A stretch of DNA of 64,000 bases from an uncultured Gammaproteobacteria bacterium (GCA_965231015.1 OZ246408.1:211755-275754), one strand, 5' to 3'; positions 7,367-17,685 are shown, counted from the first letter of the stretch. Numbers and translations are program-made. Notes: a model not told the origin generated them from the letters alone.

Positions 7367-8635
7367 ATGCGCGACAAGATTGTAAACAGTTTAGTTTATT
7401 TGATTGTATTTTTGTTGCCGTGGCAAACGCGGTGGATTTTTGGGTTTGAAGAATTGTATGGGCAGGCTTGGGAGTATGGGTTGTTGAGTTTGTTTGCGGT
7501 TGAGATTATGATTGTGTTGGCCGCACTTTTGCGACCAAAGGTAAAGTCTCGCAAGGATGCGGATTGGCCATTAATTATGGGTGGGTTCTTTTTGGTAGCA
7601 GCCCTGGTTTCAGTTTATTCGGCCCTGGATCCTCTGCTTGCAATTTTGGTTTGGTTGCACATGTTCATGGCCTATCTTTTGTTTCGTTTGTTGCTGGATC
7701 GTCGCTTACGAATCAGGTACACAGTGGCCGCTTTTGTGGCTGGGCTGCTGATCCCTTCTGCGCTTGGCATTTTGCAATTTTTGGTAGGAGCCAGCCCCGA
7801 ATCAGCCTGGTTGGGTTTGGCCGCACTTGATGCGTCTGAACCCGGAGTTTCGGTAGTGGAGTCGATTAGTGGTCGGTTTTTACGCGCGTACGGAACCTTT
7901 CAACACCCAAATATTTTTGGAGGGTATCTTGCCGTTGGTCTAGTCGCCTTGGTTTTGTTGGCCAGATGGTTCAGAATTAAAGGAGAGAAGATTGGTCTTC
8001 ATGCCATGGCTGCGATAATGGCTGTGGCATTTGTCCTCACTTTCTCTCGATCAGCTTGGCTGGCTTTTTTCATTGCTGCCACGATCGGAGGTTGGATTGT
8101 ACTTTGGGAACACCGTATTGCCGCACGTAAAGCTCTGCCGTTTATAATCGTGGCTACTGCTGCTGCGCTTCTGACCGTGCTTGTTTTCTTTGAGCCAATC
8201 AGCGCACGATTCCATCCTGAATATCGGCTGGAAGCAATCTCGATTTCTGAGCGGACAACCAGTTGGACAAATTGGTGGCCAACTGTTAAAGACGATTTAT
8301 TATTCGGAGTCGGACCCGGAAACTATACCGTGACCTTAGCGGCGGATCACCCCGGAGTACCAATTTGGGCCTATCAACCCGTGCACAATAGTATCTTGCT
8401 TGTAATTGGTGAGGTTGGTATAGCCGGGGCATTTTTCTTGGTTCTCTGGGCGGTCAGTGTAGACAGGGTCAACTACAGAGCCCTGCCTCGTTCAACCGCG
8501 ATCGCGGCTCTTCTTATGGGTGCCATCGTGCTCGTTATTGCCCTGTTTGACCATTATCTCTTCAGTTTATGGCCAGGACTCGCCTTAATGGCCTTTGTTT
8601 TTGCTATGACCGTGCGGCTGTCGGAACAGAGATAA
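7367..8635 (+). CDS. O-antigen ligase/polymerase-like (Wzy_C family) polytopic membrane protein
   Basis: About 11 TM segments and the FSRSAWLAFFIA motif typical of Wzy_C/O-antigen ligase. Confidence 0.5.
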   Translation: MRDKIVNSLVYLIVFLLPWQTRWIFGFEELYGQAWEYGLLSLFAVEIMIVLAALLRPKVKSRKDADWPLIMGGFFLVAALVSVYSALDPLLAILVWLHMFMAYLLFRLLLDRRLRIRYTVAAFVAGLLIPSALGILQFLVGASPESAWLGLAALDASEPGVSVVESISGRFLRAYGTFQHPNIFGGYLAVGLVALVLLARWFRIKGEKIGLHAMAAIMAVAFVLTFSRSAWLAFFIAATIGGWIVLWEHRIAARKALPFIIVATAAALLTVLVFFEPISARFHPEYRLEAISISERTTSWTNWWPTVKDDLLFGVGPGNYTVTLAADHPGVPIWAYQPVHNSILLVIGEVGIAGAFFLVLWAVSVDRVNYRALPRSTAIAALLMGAIVLVIALFDHYLFSLWPGLALMAFVFAMTVRLSEQR

Positions 8636-8679
8636 AAAAGAAATAAAGAAAGAAAATGGGCTTATAAGGCCTGTTTTAT

Positions 8680-8708
8680 TGACCAAAAAGAAGGAATTGG
8701 GTAAGATA
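8680..8708 (+). promoter_or_regulatory. sigma70-like promoter TTGACC-17-TAAGAT for groES-groEL
   Basis: Hexamers with 17-nt spacer immediately upstream of the CIRCE element. Confidence 0.45.
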
Positions 8709-8716
8709 ATGACTCG

Positions 8717-8742
8717 TAGCACTCAACTTGACAGAGTGCTAA
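8717..8742 (+). promoter_or_regulatory. CIRCE inverted repeat (HrcA operator) TAGCACTC-N9-GAGTGCTAA
   Basis: Perfect 9-bp arms with a 9-nt spacer, 40 nt upstream of groES. Confidence 0.85.
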
Positions 8743-8782
8743 AAATAAGCTTAAATCTAAACCAGAATTAACTCAATTTTGT

Positions 8783-9076
8783 ATGATCAAACCACTTAAT
8801 GATTTCATTATTTTGAAACCCCTCTCACGCGAGGAGGTAACTGCTTCAGGAATCATTTTGCCTGATACAGCAGATAAGGATCGACCGGAATCCGGTGAAG
8901 TTGTAGCAGTGGGTCCGGGAAAAAAGAAGGAAGACGGAACCCGCGGAACCATGGAAGTAAAGCCGGGTGATAAGATTATGTTTAAGAAATATTCACCAGA
9001 CGAAATTAATATTGATAAAGAAGAGTACCTCGTCATTCGCATGGATGACGTGGTAGGGGTGATTGAAGACAAATAA
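8783..9076 (+). CDS. groES: co-chaperonin GroES
   Basis: 97 aa; IKPLNDFIILKP…GIILPDTA…GEVVAVGPG. Confidence 0.9.
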   Translation: MIKPLNDFIILKPLSREEVTASGIILPDTADKDRPESGEVVAVGPGKKKEDGTRGTMEVKPGDKIMFKKYSPDEINIDKEEYLVIRMDDVVGVIEDK

Positions 9077-9142
9077 ACAACGAAGCAAAGAAGCAACGAA
9101 TCAATCTTGTTTCATTGCTTCATTGATTAAATGATTCATTGA

Positions 9143-10801
<1,659 letters not shown>

Positions 10802-10810
10802 AGGGTGCTC

Positions 10811-10965
10811 GGTTATCTCCCTGTGAGGACCATTCGGCCTTGGACCTGCTGAAGGTGATGGTTTGAGTCTAGACCTCTTTATGAGTTTCGCCGACCAAGG
10901 GTCATTGATCCTTGGTTTTGTTTATCTTGTGGTCGGCTCACAAATTCCTCCCAGGGAGAATAACC
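10811..10965 (+). other. about 155-nt structured element downstream of groEL: 13-bp closing helix (GGTTATCTCCCTG / CAGGGAGAATAACC) enclosing nested hairpins
   Basis: Long-range inverted repeat 10811-10823 vs 10952-10965; inner IR GCCGACCAAG/CTTGTGGTCGGC; CCAAGG-N9-CCTTGG; palindrome GTCTAGAC; no ORF. Confidence 0.25.
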
Positions 10966-10986
10966 TCGCTAAAAAAAGATGGATAG

Positions 10987-11037
10987 TGCTGGAGCCCGTG
11001 GTTCCTCCCCTCTAAGAGGAGGTTAGGAGGGGTACCA
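10987..11037 (+). repeat. dispersed repeat copy A (…CCCCTCTAAGAGGAGGTTAGGAGGGGTACC), palindromic REP-like unit
   Basis: About 50 nt nearly identical to 11725-11786 and related to 13441-13540. Confidence 0.5.
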
Positions 11038-11052
11038 TTGAAAAAAGAAAAG

Positions 11053-11061
11053 TGGTATAAT
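11053..11061 (+). promoter_or_regulatory. extended -10 promoter TGGTATAAT for the downstream DUF4870 gene
   Basis: TGnTATAAT 29 nt before the ATG at 11090. Confidence 0.35.
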
Positions 11062-11089
11062 CTACGCGAAAATAATTAAATTTTTTTTT

Positions 11090-11449
11090 ATGGAAGATGC
11101 TCCAAAAAGTCCTGAAATGGGCGGAGACAAGAAAGATATTGAGGAAAATAAGGTTGTGGCCGCAATTGGCTACCTTTGGATTCTTTGTCTTGTTCCACTT
11201 CTTGCCAAGAAGGACTCCAAGTTTGCCCAGCATCATGGAAAACAAGGTTTAGTACTGACCGTTGTTTCCGTGATTATGTGGGTAGTCGGTTTTATTCTAG
11301 CCTTTATTCCAGTCATTGGTTGGATTATTTTATTCGCCTGTTGGATTGCCATTATCGTTTTAGCGGTGCTCGGCATTATTAATGCTTTGAACGGAAATTA
11401 TTGGGAAATGCCAATTCTCGGTGAGTACGCGAAGAAAATTAAGTTGTAG
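11090..11449 (+). CDS. DUF4870-family small membrane protein
   Basis: LLAKKDSKFAQHHGKQGLVLTVVSVI matches the DUF4870 core (…AKDNPFVKFHAKQALIL…); 3 TM. Confidence 0.55.
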   Translation: MEDAPKSPEMGGDKKDIEENKVVAAIGYLWILCLVPLLAKKDSKFAQHHGKQGLVLTVVSVIMWVVGFILAFIPVIGWIILFACWIAIIVLAVLGIINALNGNYWEMPILGEYAKKIKL

Positions 11450-11502
11450 GGATTGATTGAATCAATCCGGTGTAGGGGCGGACCCGTGTGTCCGCCCTTT
11501 TG
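11446..11502 (+). terminator. tandem GTAG-headed hairpins; the second (GGGCGGA-N8-TCCGCCC followed by TTTTG) is a rho-independent terminator
   Basis: GTAGGGATTGATTgAATCAATCC perfect palindrome overlapping the stop codon, then GTAGGGGCGGACCCGTGTGTCCGCCCTTTTG. Confidence 0.55.
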
Positions 11503-11514
11503 AATAAAAATAAC

Positions 11515-11550
11515 CCGGTTTTCTTTGGACCGGCAAAGAAAACCGGAAAA
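11515..11550. repeat. perfect 13-bp inverted repeat CCGGTTTTCTTTG-N6-CAAAGAAAACCGG in an ORF-free 350-nt spacer
   Basis: Seen directly; no coding potential in the surrounding sequence. Confidence 0.4.
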
Positions 11551-11724
11551 AAGAAACCGGTCGCCTTTCTGCACTCGCCGGAGGTAGATAATGAACATTT
11601 TATGACCTTGACTGCGGGACTTGCCTCGCACCTTTGTCATTGGGGTAGGTGCTCGGCTTCAAACAGTCCTCGTCATCCGGTCATTCGACCGGACCGGTCA
11701 AAAATATCCATTAACCTCTGTCGT

Positions 11725-11786
11725 GCTCGAAGTGGCGGAACTCGTGGTTTTTCCCCTCTAAGGGGAGGTTAGGAGGGGTACCTTCA
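11725..11786 (+). repeat. dispersed repeat copy B (…CCCCTCTAAGGGGAGGTTAGGAGGGGTACC)
   Basis: Near-identical to copy A at 10987-11037. Confidence 0.5.
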
Positions 11787-11802
11787 GTAAGAAATAATAA
11801 AG

Positions 11803-11830
11803 CCGCGCTCTCGGGCGGAGGCGCGGCGAC
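11803..11830 (-). terminator. terminator hairpin GCCGCGC…GCGCGGC for the minus-strand lipoprotein gene
   Basis: GC-rich stem followed on the minus strand by TTTATTATTTC. Confidence 0.4.
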
Positions 11831-11849
11831 TCGGTGTGTCAGGTGTCCC

Positions 11850-12224
11850 TTAGTAGTAGTCGACGTTGCGATCGAAGTGAATCACATGATAGTAGCGGCC
11901 ATTGTTTTCGATGACCGTACAGCAGTCAGTCAAGACCTTGTGCGGTTCCTGGTAGGATGGAATTTCACCCATGGGTGTACTCATGGTTCCGGTCTTGCCC
12001 GGGATTTCACGCACCACGCAAGAATCTTTGCAAGCCTCGCGTAACTCCTCGGTGGCCGGGTCATTCGGATCAACCTCGACGGCAGACTTGTACTTCTGTT
12101 CGACCACCATAGGTACGGGGCCGGGCTCAAAGACCTCGGCACTGGTTTCCGAATCGCTCCCTATTCCTCCGCAGGCCAAGCCGAGGAAACAGACGCAGGC
12201 AATCAGGCTCATACGAAAGATCAT
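11850..12224 (-). CDS. small cysteine-containing lipoprotein, hypothetical (GC-rich gene)
   Basis: Signal peptide with lipobox LGLACGG; 5 Cys in the mature part; GC content clearly above neighbours. Confidence 0.5.
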   Translation of the reverse strand: MIFRMSLIACVCFLGLACGGIGSDSETSAEVFEPGPVPMVVEQKYKSAVEVDPNDPATEELREACKDSCVVREIPGKTGTMSTPMGEIPSYQEPHKVLTDCCTVIENNGRYYHVIHFDRNVDYY

Positions 12225-12325
12225 GTTGGCTCTCCTTTCCCGAATCAGGTAATAATCTTAGGCTAAAATATGGGTTGTGTCAAGGCTTGAATTTTTGAGT
12301 AGGTTTGCTAAAATAAGCCTAGTTT

Positions 12326-13444
12326 ATGAAAGAGCTGACAAAACAAGTGAGCGAGCTAAAAACCCGGGTCCAGGAGACCTGGGGGCTTTTGGATTTAGAC
12401 ACTGTTAAGACAGAGCTGGAGACGTTGGAATCCGAGATGTCAGCTCCGGATTTTTGGAATGATCAGGACAAGGCTAAGGTTGTCAGCAAACAAGCAGCCG
12501 ACCTCAAAGAAGAACTTAAGACTTGGGAGGGATTCATGAAAGAGGTAGATGACTTGGTCGAGCTCACTAGCTCGGATGACGACTCGTTGCATGATGACGT
12601 GGCAAAGAGTCTCGAGGATTTGGAGACCAGATTTGCCAAAATGGAGTTTGCCACTTTGTTTGCTGGACCGTACGACAAAAATAATGCCATTCTTTCTTAT
12701 CATGCCGGGAGTGGCGGAACCGAAGCCCAAGATTGGGTAGAAATGCTGGTTCGAATGATCACGCGCTTTGCTGAAAAGATGGGTTGGGAAGTCCATATTT
12801 TGTTTGAGTCTCGTGGGTCTGAGGCCGGAATCAAGAGTTTGACCATGCGAGTGAGTGGTCGGTACGCATTTGGATATTTGAAAAGCGAACATGGGGTGCA
12901 TCGGCTAGTCCGTATCAGTCCTTTTGATGCCGAGAAGATGCGCCATACTTCGTTTGCGCTCATTGAAGTTATTCCGGAGCTTGCTGAAACTAACGAAATC
13001 GAGATCGATCCCAAAGATATTCGTATTGATACCTTCATGGCCGGCGGTCATGGCGGACAAAGTGTGAACACTACCTACTCGGCGGTCAGAATTGTACATG
13101 AACCAACCGGAATTACGGTGGGTTGTCAAAACGAACGCTCACAAAAGCAAAACAAAGAAACCGCACTCAAGATCTTGCAATCAAAATTACATCAGCTACA
13201 ATTAGAAGAGGAACAAGAGAAAAAGAAAGAACTCCGTGGCGACTACCAGTCAGCTGAATGGGGAAACCAGATCCGTTCATACGTTCTACATCCGTACAAG
13301 ATGGTCAAGGATCACCGAACAGAATATGAATCACAGGATCCTGACGCCGTCCTCGACGGAGATCTTGAACCATTCATGGAAGCGTTTCTGCGCAAGCAGC
13401 TCGAGGAAAGTGATCGGTTTGAGAGTGCTAATATAGATAATTAG
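12326..13444 (+). CDS. prfB: peptide chain release factor 2
   Basis: SPF tripeptide motif (RISPFDA) and GGQ motif (GGHGGQSVNTTYSAVRIVH); single uninterrupted ORF with no +1 frameshift site. Confidence 0.85.
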   Translation: MKELTKQVSELKTRVQETWGLLDLDTVKTELETLESEMSAPDFWNDQDKAKVVSKQAADLKEELKTWEGFMKEVDDLVELTSSDDDSLHDDVAKSLEDLETRFAKMEFATLFAGPYDKNNAILSYHAGSGGTEAQDWVEMLVRMITRFAEKMGWEVHILFESRGSEAGIKSLTMRVSGRYAFGYLKSEHGVHRLVRISPFDAEKMRHTSFALIEVIPELAETNEIEIDPKDIRIDTFMAGGHGGQSVNTTYSAVRIVHEPTGITVGCQNERSQKQNKETALKILQSKLHQLQLEEEQEKKKELRGDYQSAEWGNQIRSYVLHPYKMVKDHRTEYESQDPDAVLDGDLEPFMEAFLRKQLEESDRFESANIDN

Positions 13445-13540
13445 AATTCCCCTCCTTGAAGGAGGGGTTAGGGGTGGTGCCGCTAGATAGATTTCTGACG
13501 GTACCCCCTCTAACTCCCCCTTACAGGGGGAGAACGCATA
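13441..13540 (+). repeat. REP-like repeat cluster: CCCCTCC-N5-GGAGGGG, TTAGGGG…, CTCCCCC-N5-GGGGGAG
   Basis: Two perfect 7-bp hairpins plus a TTAGGGG / CCCCCTCTAA inverted pair between prfB and the galE-like gene. Confidence 0.45.
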
Positions 13541-13545
13541 GAAAT

Positions 13546-14481
13546 ATGGCCAAAAAATATAAAAAAGCTCTGGTGGTTGGTGGGGCCGGTTTTATTGGTT
13601 CGCACGTGGTTGAAGCCTTGATTAAGCGAAGAATTAAGGTATTTGTAGTAGATGACTTGTCTTCTGGAAAGAAAAGTAACCTGAACCCAAATGCCAAGTT
13701 TTTTAAGATGTCTGTTACCAGTCCGGCTTTTCCCAAGCTTGTAAAAAAGATCAAGCCTGACGTTATTTTTCATTTTGCAGCTCAAATAGATGTTCGGGTT
13801 TCAGTGGCTGACCCGATCAAGGATGCTAGAGTAAATATTATGGGCTCGCTCGCACTTATCAAGTCGGCAGCTGATGCCGGAGTGAAAAAGATTGTCTTTG
13901 CTTCAAGTGGTGGGGCTATGTATCCAGAGAGACTTAAACCACCATATAAAGAAACCGTTCAGCCAGAACCGATTTCGCCGTATGCTATTGCCAAACGCGC
14001 AGTCGAATTGTATTTAGATTTTGCTAATTTGGAATATGGTATTCCAACCGTGTCATTGCGTTTTGCTAACGTATACGGACCGCGTCAAGATTCTTCCGGT
14101 GAGGCTGGAGTGGTTGCTATTTTTTCCGAAAAAATGCTCAAGGGTCAGCAGCCGGTGATTTTTGGCACCGGTAAGCAAACACGGGATTATGTTTACGTGG
14201 GTGATGTGGCAAGAGCTTGCCTGGCGGCCATGAATCGTTCTGTTAGCGGGCGGTTTAATATTGGAACCGGTAAACAAACTGACTTGATTACGCTTTTCAA
14301 AAAGATAAAAAATATCACCGGAGCAGATGTGGTGCAAAAACATGGTCCGGCCAAGTCCGGTGAAGTGATGCGATCAGCCTTGCATTGCGGTTTGGCTGAT
14401 AGAAAGCTTGGTTGGCGACCGAAGGTAAAGCTCGACGAAGGGTTACAAAAGACAGTTGATTGGTTTAGAAAAAAGATTTAA
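13546..14481 (+). CDS. NAD-dependent epimerase/dehydratase (UDP-glucose 4-epimerase family)
   Basis: ALVVGGAGFIGSHVVEAL Rossmann motif; YxxxK region; RBS GGAGA before the ATG. Confidence 0.75.
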   Translation: MAKKYKKALVVGGAGFIGSHVVEALIKRRIKVFVVDDLSSGKKSNLNPNAKFFKMSVTSPAFPKLVKKIKPDVIFHFAAQIDVRVSVADPIKDARVNIMGSLALIKSAADAGVKKIVFASSGGAMYPERLKPPYKETVQPEPISPYAIAKRAVELYLDFANLEYGIPTVSLRFANVYGPRQDSSGEAGVVAIFSEKMLKGQQPVIFGTGKQTRDYVYVGDVARACLAAMNRSVSGRFNIGTGKQTDLITLFKKIKNITGADVVQKHGPAKSGEVMRSALHCGLADRKLGWRPKVKLDEGLQKTVDWFRKKI

Positions 14482-14514
14482 TGTATAAATGAATAAATTT
14501 ATTCATCTATACAT
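14481..14514. repeat. 34-bp near-perfect AT-rich palindrome ATGTATAAATGAATAAA / TTTATTCATCTATACAT
   Basis: One mismatch in 17-bp arms; overlaps the galE-like stop and precedes the GT2 gene by 20 nt. Confidence 0.4.
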
Positions 14515-14535
14515 TTATTCATTGACTGTGACACT

Positions 14536-15207
14536 ATGAACACTTGGGTCGTGATCCCAGCGTATAACGAGGAGGCTAAACTGGCAGAAGTGTTACGAGA
14601 GGTTTTGGATTATGTGCCGAATGTGGTAGTGATTGATGACGGGTCAACGGATCGCACTTACGACGTAGCTCGATACTGCGGGGTACACGTGCTGCAGCAC
14701 AAGATTAATCGTGGTCAAGGGGCGGCCCTTGCCACCGGAATTGAGTATGCGCTTAGAAACGGAGCGGACGCCATCGTAACATTCGATTCGGACGGTCAGC
14801 ATGCGGCGGAAGAGATCGAAATGATGTTAGAGCCTTTAATGATAGGAGAAGCTGAGGTGGTTTTAGGGTCTCGATTTCTTAAAAATACCCACAAAAACAT
14901 GCCTAAATTGCGCCAAATTATCATCAAAGGCGGAATTATTTTTACTAAGATCTTATCTCAGATTAATATTACAGATACTCACAACGGCTTCCGTGTCTTG
15001 AGTCGAAAAGCGGCTGAAGAGATCGGAATAAATCAAGATCGCATGGCCCATGCTTCTGAAATTCTTGACCAAATTACAAAGAATAAATTGAAGTACGTGG
15101 AGCGACCGGTCACTATTACTTATACAGATTATTCCAAAGCCGGTGGGCAGGGAAACCTAAACGCCATTAAAATTGCCGCGCGCATGATATTTTCAAAGTT
15201 GTTCTAA
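14536..15207 (+). CDS. family 2 glycosyltransferase (DPM1/ArnC-like polyprenyl-phosphate glycosyltransferase)
   Basis: VVIPAYNEE…VVVIDDGSTDRT…DSDGQH motifs. Confidence 0.75.
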   Translation: MNTWVVIPAYNEEAKLAEVLREVLDYVPNVVVIDDGSTDRTYDVARYCGVHVLQHKINRGQGAALATGIEYALRNGADAIVTFDSDGQHAAEEIEMMLEPLMIGEAEVVLGSRFLKNTHKNMPKLRQIIIKGGIIFTKILSQINITDTHNGFRVLSRKAAEEIGINQDRMAHASEILDQITKNKLKYVERPVTITYTDYSKAGGQGNLNAIKIAARMIFSKLF

Positions 15208-15210
15208 GTT

Positions 15211-15564
15211 ATGACCATTCAAATAATTATTTCAATTGTTATTGCGTTCATTGTTGCCAAGACAGCGGCTCGGTATCGCAAAAAAGAAATCAGTACTAGG
15301 CTGTTTGTTTTTTGGGTTCTGTTTTGGTTACTGGCCGCTCTGCTTTTTTGGATGCCGGAACTGTCACAGTATGTAGCTGACTTGCTTGAAGTTGGGCGAG
15401 GGGTTGATGCTATCCTTTACATTTCTCTTGTGATCCTCTTTTATTTCATGTTTAAAATTTTTAATCGTTTTGAGCGTATGGAACGGGAAATAACAAAATT
15501 GGTTCGTGAAACAGCAATCTTGAATGCAGAAAAACCTGAAAATTCTGATGAACAAAACAAATAA
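15211..15564 (+). CDS. small membrane protein, DUF2304-like (GT2-associated)
   Basis: 3 TM, about 117 aa, directly follows the GT2 gene as DUF2304 proteins typically do. Confidence 0.4.
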   Translation: MTIQIIISIVIAFIVAKTAARYRKKEISTRLFVFWVLFWLLAALLFWMPELSQYVADLLEVGRGVDAILYISLVILFYFMFKIFNRFERMEREITKLVRETAILNAEKPENSDEQNK

Positions 15565-16156
15565 ACAATTTAAAACTGCTTTGGAGATGCTCAAAAATGG
15601 GGAGGTGGTTGTTTTTCCAACGGAAACTGCCTATGGTTTAGCAGCAGATGCCACCAACCACGAGGCAGTACAAAGATTGGCTTTGATTAAGGGTCGAGGA
15701 AGCAAAGTAATGTCCGTGATTGTGGCTGATACAGCCATGGCCAAGCAATATGTAAAAATGAGTCAGGCGGCAATGCGGTTAGCTAAATGGATGTGGCCCG
15801 GACCACTTACCATGGTTTTACCGGTCAAGGCTTCAGCCTTGGGAAAATTATCAGACAGGTGTGTTAAAGACGGCATGGTTGCAGTCCGTGTATCCTCTCA
15901 TAAGGTAGCAATATTACTCTCAAAAGAGCTAAAAAAGCCGGTTGTTGCCACTTCCGCCAATTTGGCCGGAGAGCCTCAGTGTTATTCAGTTCGAGCAGTT
16001 AAAAAACAGTTTCAAACCCGTCGTTTACAACCGGATTTCTATTTAGATGTTGGTGCCTTACCACGTCGCAAACCATCGACTATTATCAAAGTCAGCGGAA
16101 ACGAGATTGAAACTCTACGCACAGGTTCGATCAAGCTTGGGAAAGATTTAGTATGA
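15524..16156 (+). CDS. tsaC: L-threonylcarbamoyladenylate synthase TsaC/YrdC (start may be 15548)
   Basis: GEVVVFPTETAYGLAADATNHEAVQRLALIKGR is the YrdC/Sua5 signature. Confidence 0.7.
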   Translation: MQKNLKILMNKTNKQFKTALEMLKNGEVVVFPTETAYGLAADATNHEAVQRLALIKGRGSKVMSVIVADTAMAKQYVKMSQAAMRLAKWMWPGPLTMVLPVKASALGKLSDRCVKDGMVAVRVSSHKVAILLSKELKKPVVATSANLAGEPQCYSVRAVKKQFQTRRLQPDFYLDVGALPRRKPSTIIKVSGNEIETLRTGSIKLGKDLV

Positions 16157-16953
16157 GCATTTTTACCAAAAAATCCTACGGACAACATTGGCTGAAAAGC
16201 AAGGTTGCGGTTAATAAGATTGTTGAAGCCTCTAAGATCCGGAAAAAGGATTTGATTTTGGAAATCGGTCCCGGAACCGGTTTGTTGACCGAGGCTCTAC
16301 TAGAGAAAACCAAGAATTTATTTGCCGTAGAGGCGGATCCGGATTTGATTGAAAAACTTCGAAATAAATTTGGACCGGAATTTAATCTGATCGAAGGAGA
16401 TGTTTTAAAGTTTTCCAACAAAGATCTTGTTGGCAAGGCCCGGGTCAAATATAAGGTGGTGGCCAATCTTCCGTATAACATTGCCAGCAGGATTTTGCGC
16501 AAATTTTTAACACAAGACCCAAGGCCGTCTGAAATGGTGGTCATGGTGCAAAAGGAAGTAGCGGATCGCATGGGAGCTAAGCCACCGAATATGAGTGTAA
16601 TTGGGGTGATGTGCCAGTTGTACTCAGATGTATCAAAGGTGTGCAAAGTGAAACCCGGGGCATTTGTGCCACCGCCGCAGGTTGATTCAGCTGTGGTGAA
16701 ATTGGAACTGAAACCGGTTTCACGATGGCGAATCAAAAATATTGAAGCCGAAGCTGTGGTTCGTTTAGCCAAAGTCGGTTTTTCTTCGCGCCGGAAACAA
16801 TTGCAACGCAATTTAGCTAACGGACGGATTATTTCTTCTGATCGGGCGCGTGACATTTTGTCTAAAATGGGCTTATCTGAAGAGGTTCGCGCTGAAGAAT
16901 TAACGGTTAAGGACTGGGTCTCTCTTTTTAAGGCTATTTCTTCTCTAAAATAA
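16153..16953 (+). CDS. rsmA: 16S rRNA (adenine1518/1519-N6)-dimethyltransferase
   Basis: GQHWL…ILEIGPGTGLLTEAL…NLPYNI are KsgA motifs; ATGA overlap with the tsaC stop. Confidence 0.85.
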   Translation: MSIFTKKSYGQHWLKSKVAVNKIVEASKIRKKDLILEIGPGTGLLTEALLEKTKNLFAVEADPDLIEKLRNKFGPEFNLIEGDVLKFSNKDLVGKARVKYKVVANLPYNIASRILRKFLTQDPRPSEMVVMVQKEVADRMGAKPPNMSVIGVMCQLYSDVSKVCKVKPGAFVPPPQVDSAVVKLELKPVSRWRIKNIEAEAVVRLAKVGFSSRRKQLQRNLANGRIISSDRARDILSKMGLSEEVRAEELTVKDWVSLFKAISSLK

Positions 16954-17031
16954 GTTGATTAAACCCTGAACAGTTTATCCTCATTTATAACTGGTGAAAG
17001 GTCGGTTTTTTTGTTATACTTTAAGGCAAAT

Positions 17032-17685
17032 ATGGAAAGAAAGATTGGGATTATCTTGTTTTTGATTTTGGCCGGTGCGGGTCTGGTTTTAGGTTTTCGG
17101 TATCTGAATGCTCACGTGCGCAGTCCGTTTTATAATGTGCTTTATTATGACGGACCGGAATACGTGACTTTGGCGGAACAAGAATTGGCCGAGCGTGAGG
17201 AACAAAAAAAGACTGACACGGACGGAGACGGCCTGAACGATTACGATGAAATGTACGTTTATGACACTAGTCCGTATTTAACTGATTCAGATTCAGATGG
17301 GTATGATGACAAGGCTGAAGTTTACGGTGGCCAGGATCCGAATTGTCCGGAGGGAAAGGATTGTGGAAGCTATTTTGCTTCAGCCGACGCCACTGGTTCA
17401 GCTGTGGCGGCCAGTGATTTCATTGGTGGGATCCCCAATTCCGGGATTGATGAAAACGGAGCTGGTACCACTTTTGAAACCGAGGAGGATATCATGAATT
17501 ATTTTTCTTCTTTGAGCGCGGATGAAATTCGAGAGGTCATGATCGCCTCAGGCGTGCCGGCTGAAACCTTGGATCAAGTTTCTGATGAGGAGTTGATTGA
17601 GCTTTTTAACGCGGCGCTGGCAAACGCCGAAGACACCGGGGCTTTTGCGAATATTGTGACCGATTACGCCAACAACCAAGAATAA
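17032..17685 (+). CDS. membrane-anchored protein with thrombospondin type-3-like calcium-binding repeats
   Basis: N-terminal TM; DTDGDGLNDYDE and DSDSDGYDD Asp-rich Ca-binding-like repeats; immediately upstream of the giant gene. Confidence 0.5.
   Translation: MERKIGIILFLILAGAGLVLGFRYLNAHVRSPFYNVLYYDGPEYVTLAEQELAEREEQKKTDTDGDGLNDYDEMYVYDTSPYLTDSDSDGYDDKAEVYGGQDPNCPEGKDCGSYFASADATGSAVAASDFIGGIPNSGIDENGAGTTFETEEDIMNYFSSLSADEIREVMIASGVPAETLDQVSDEELIELFNAALANAEDTGAFANIVTDYANNQE

Noticed and set aside
11488-11772. 94-aa plus-strand ORF in the spacer between the DUF4870 gene and the GC-rich lipoprotein gene
   Set aside because: It has low-complexity, basic composition and spans repeat and palindrome sequence. 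It has no start context and is more likely non-coding or repeat DNA.
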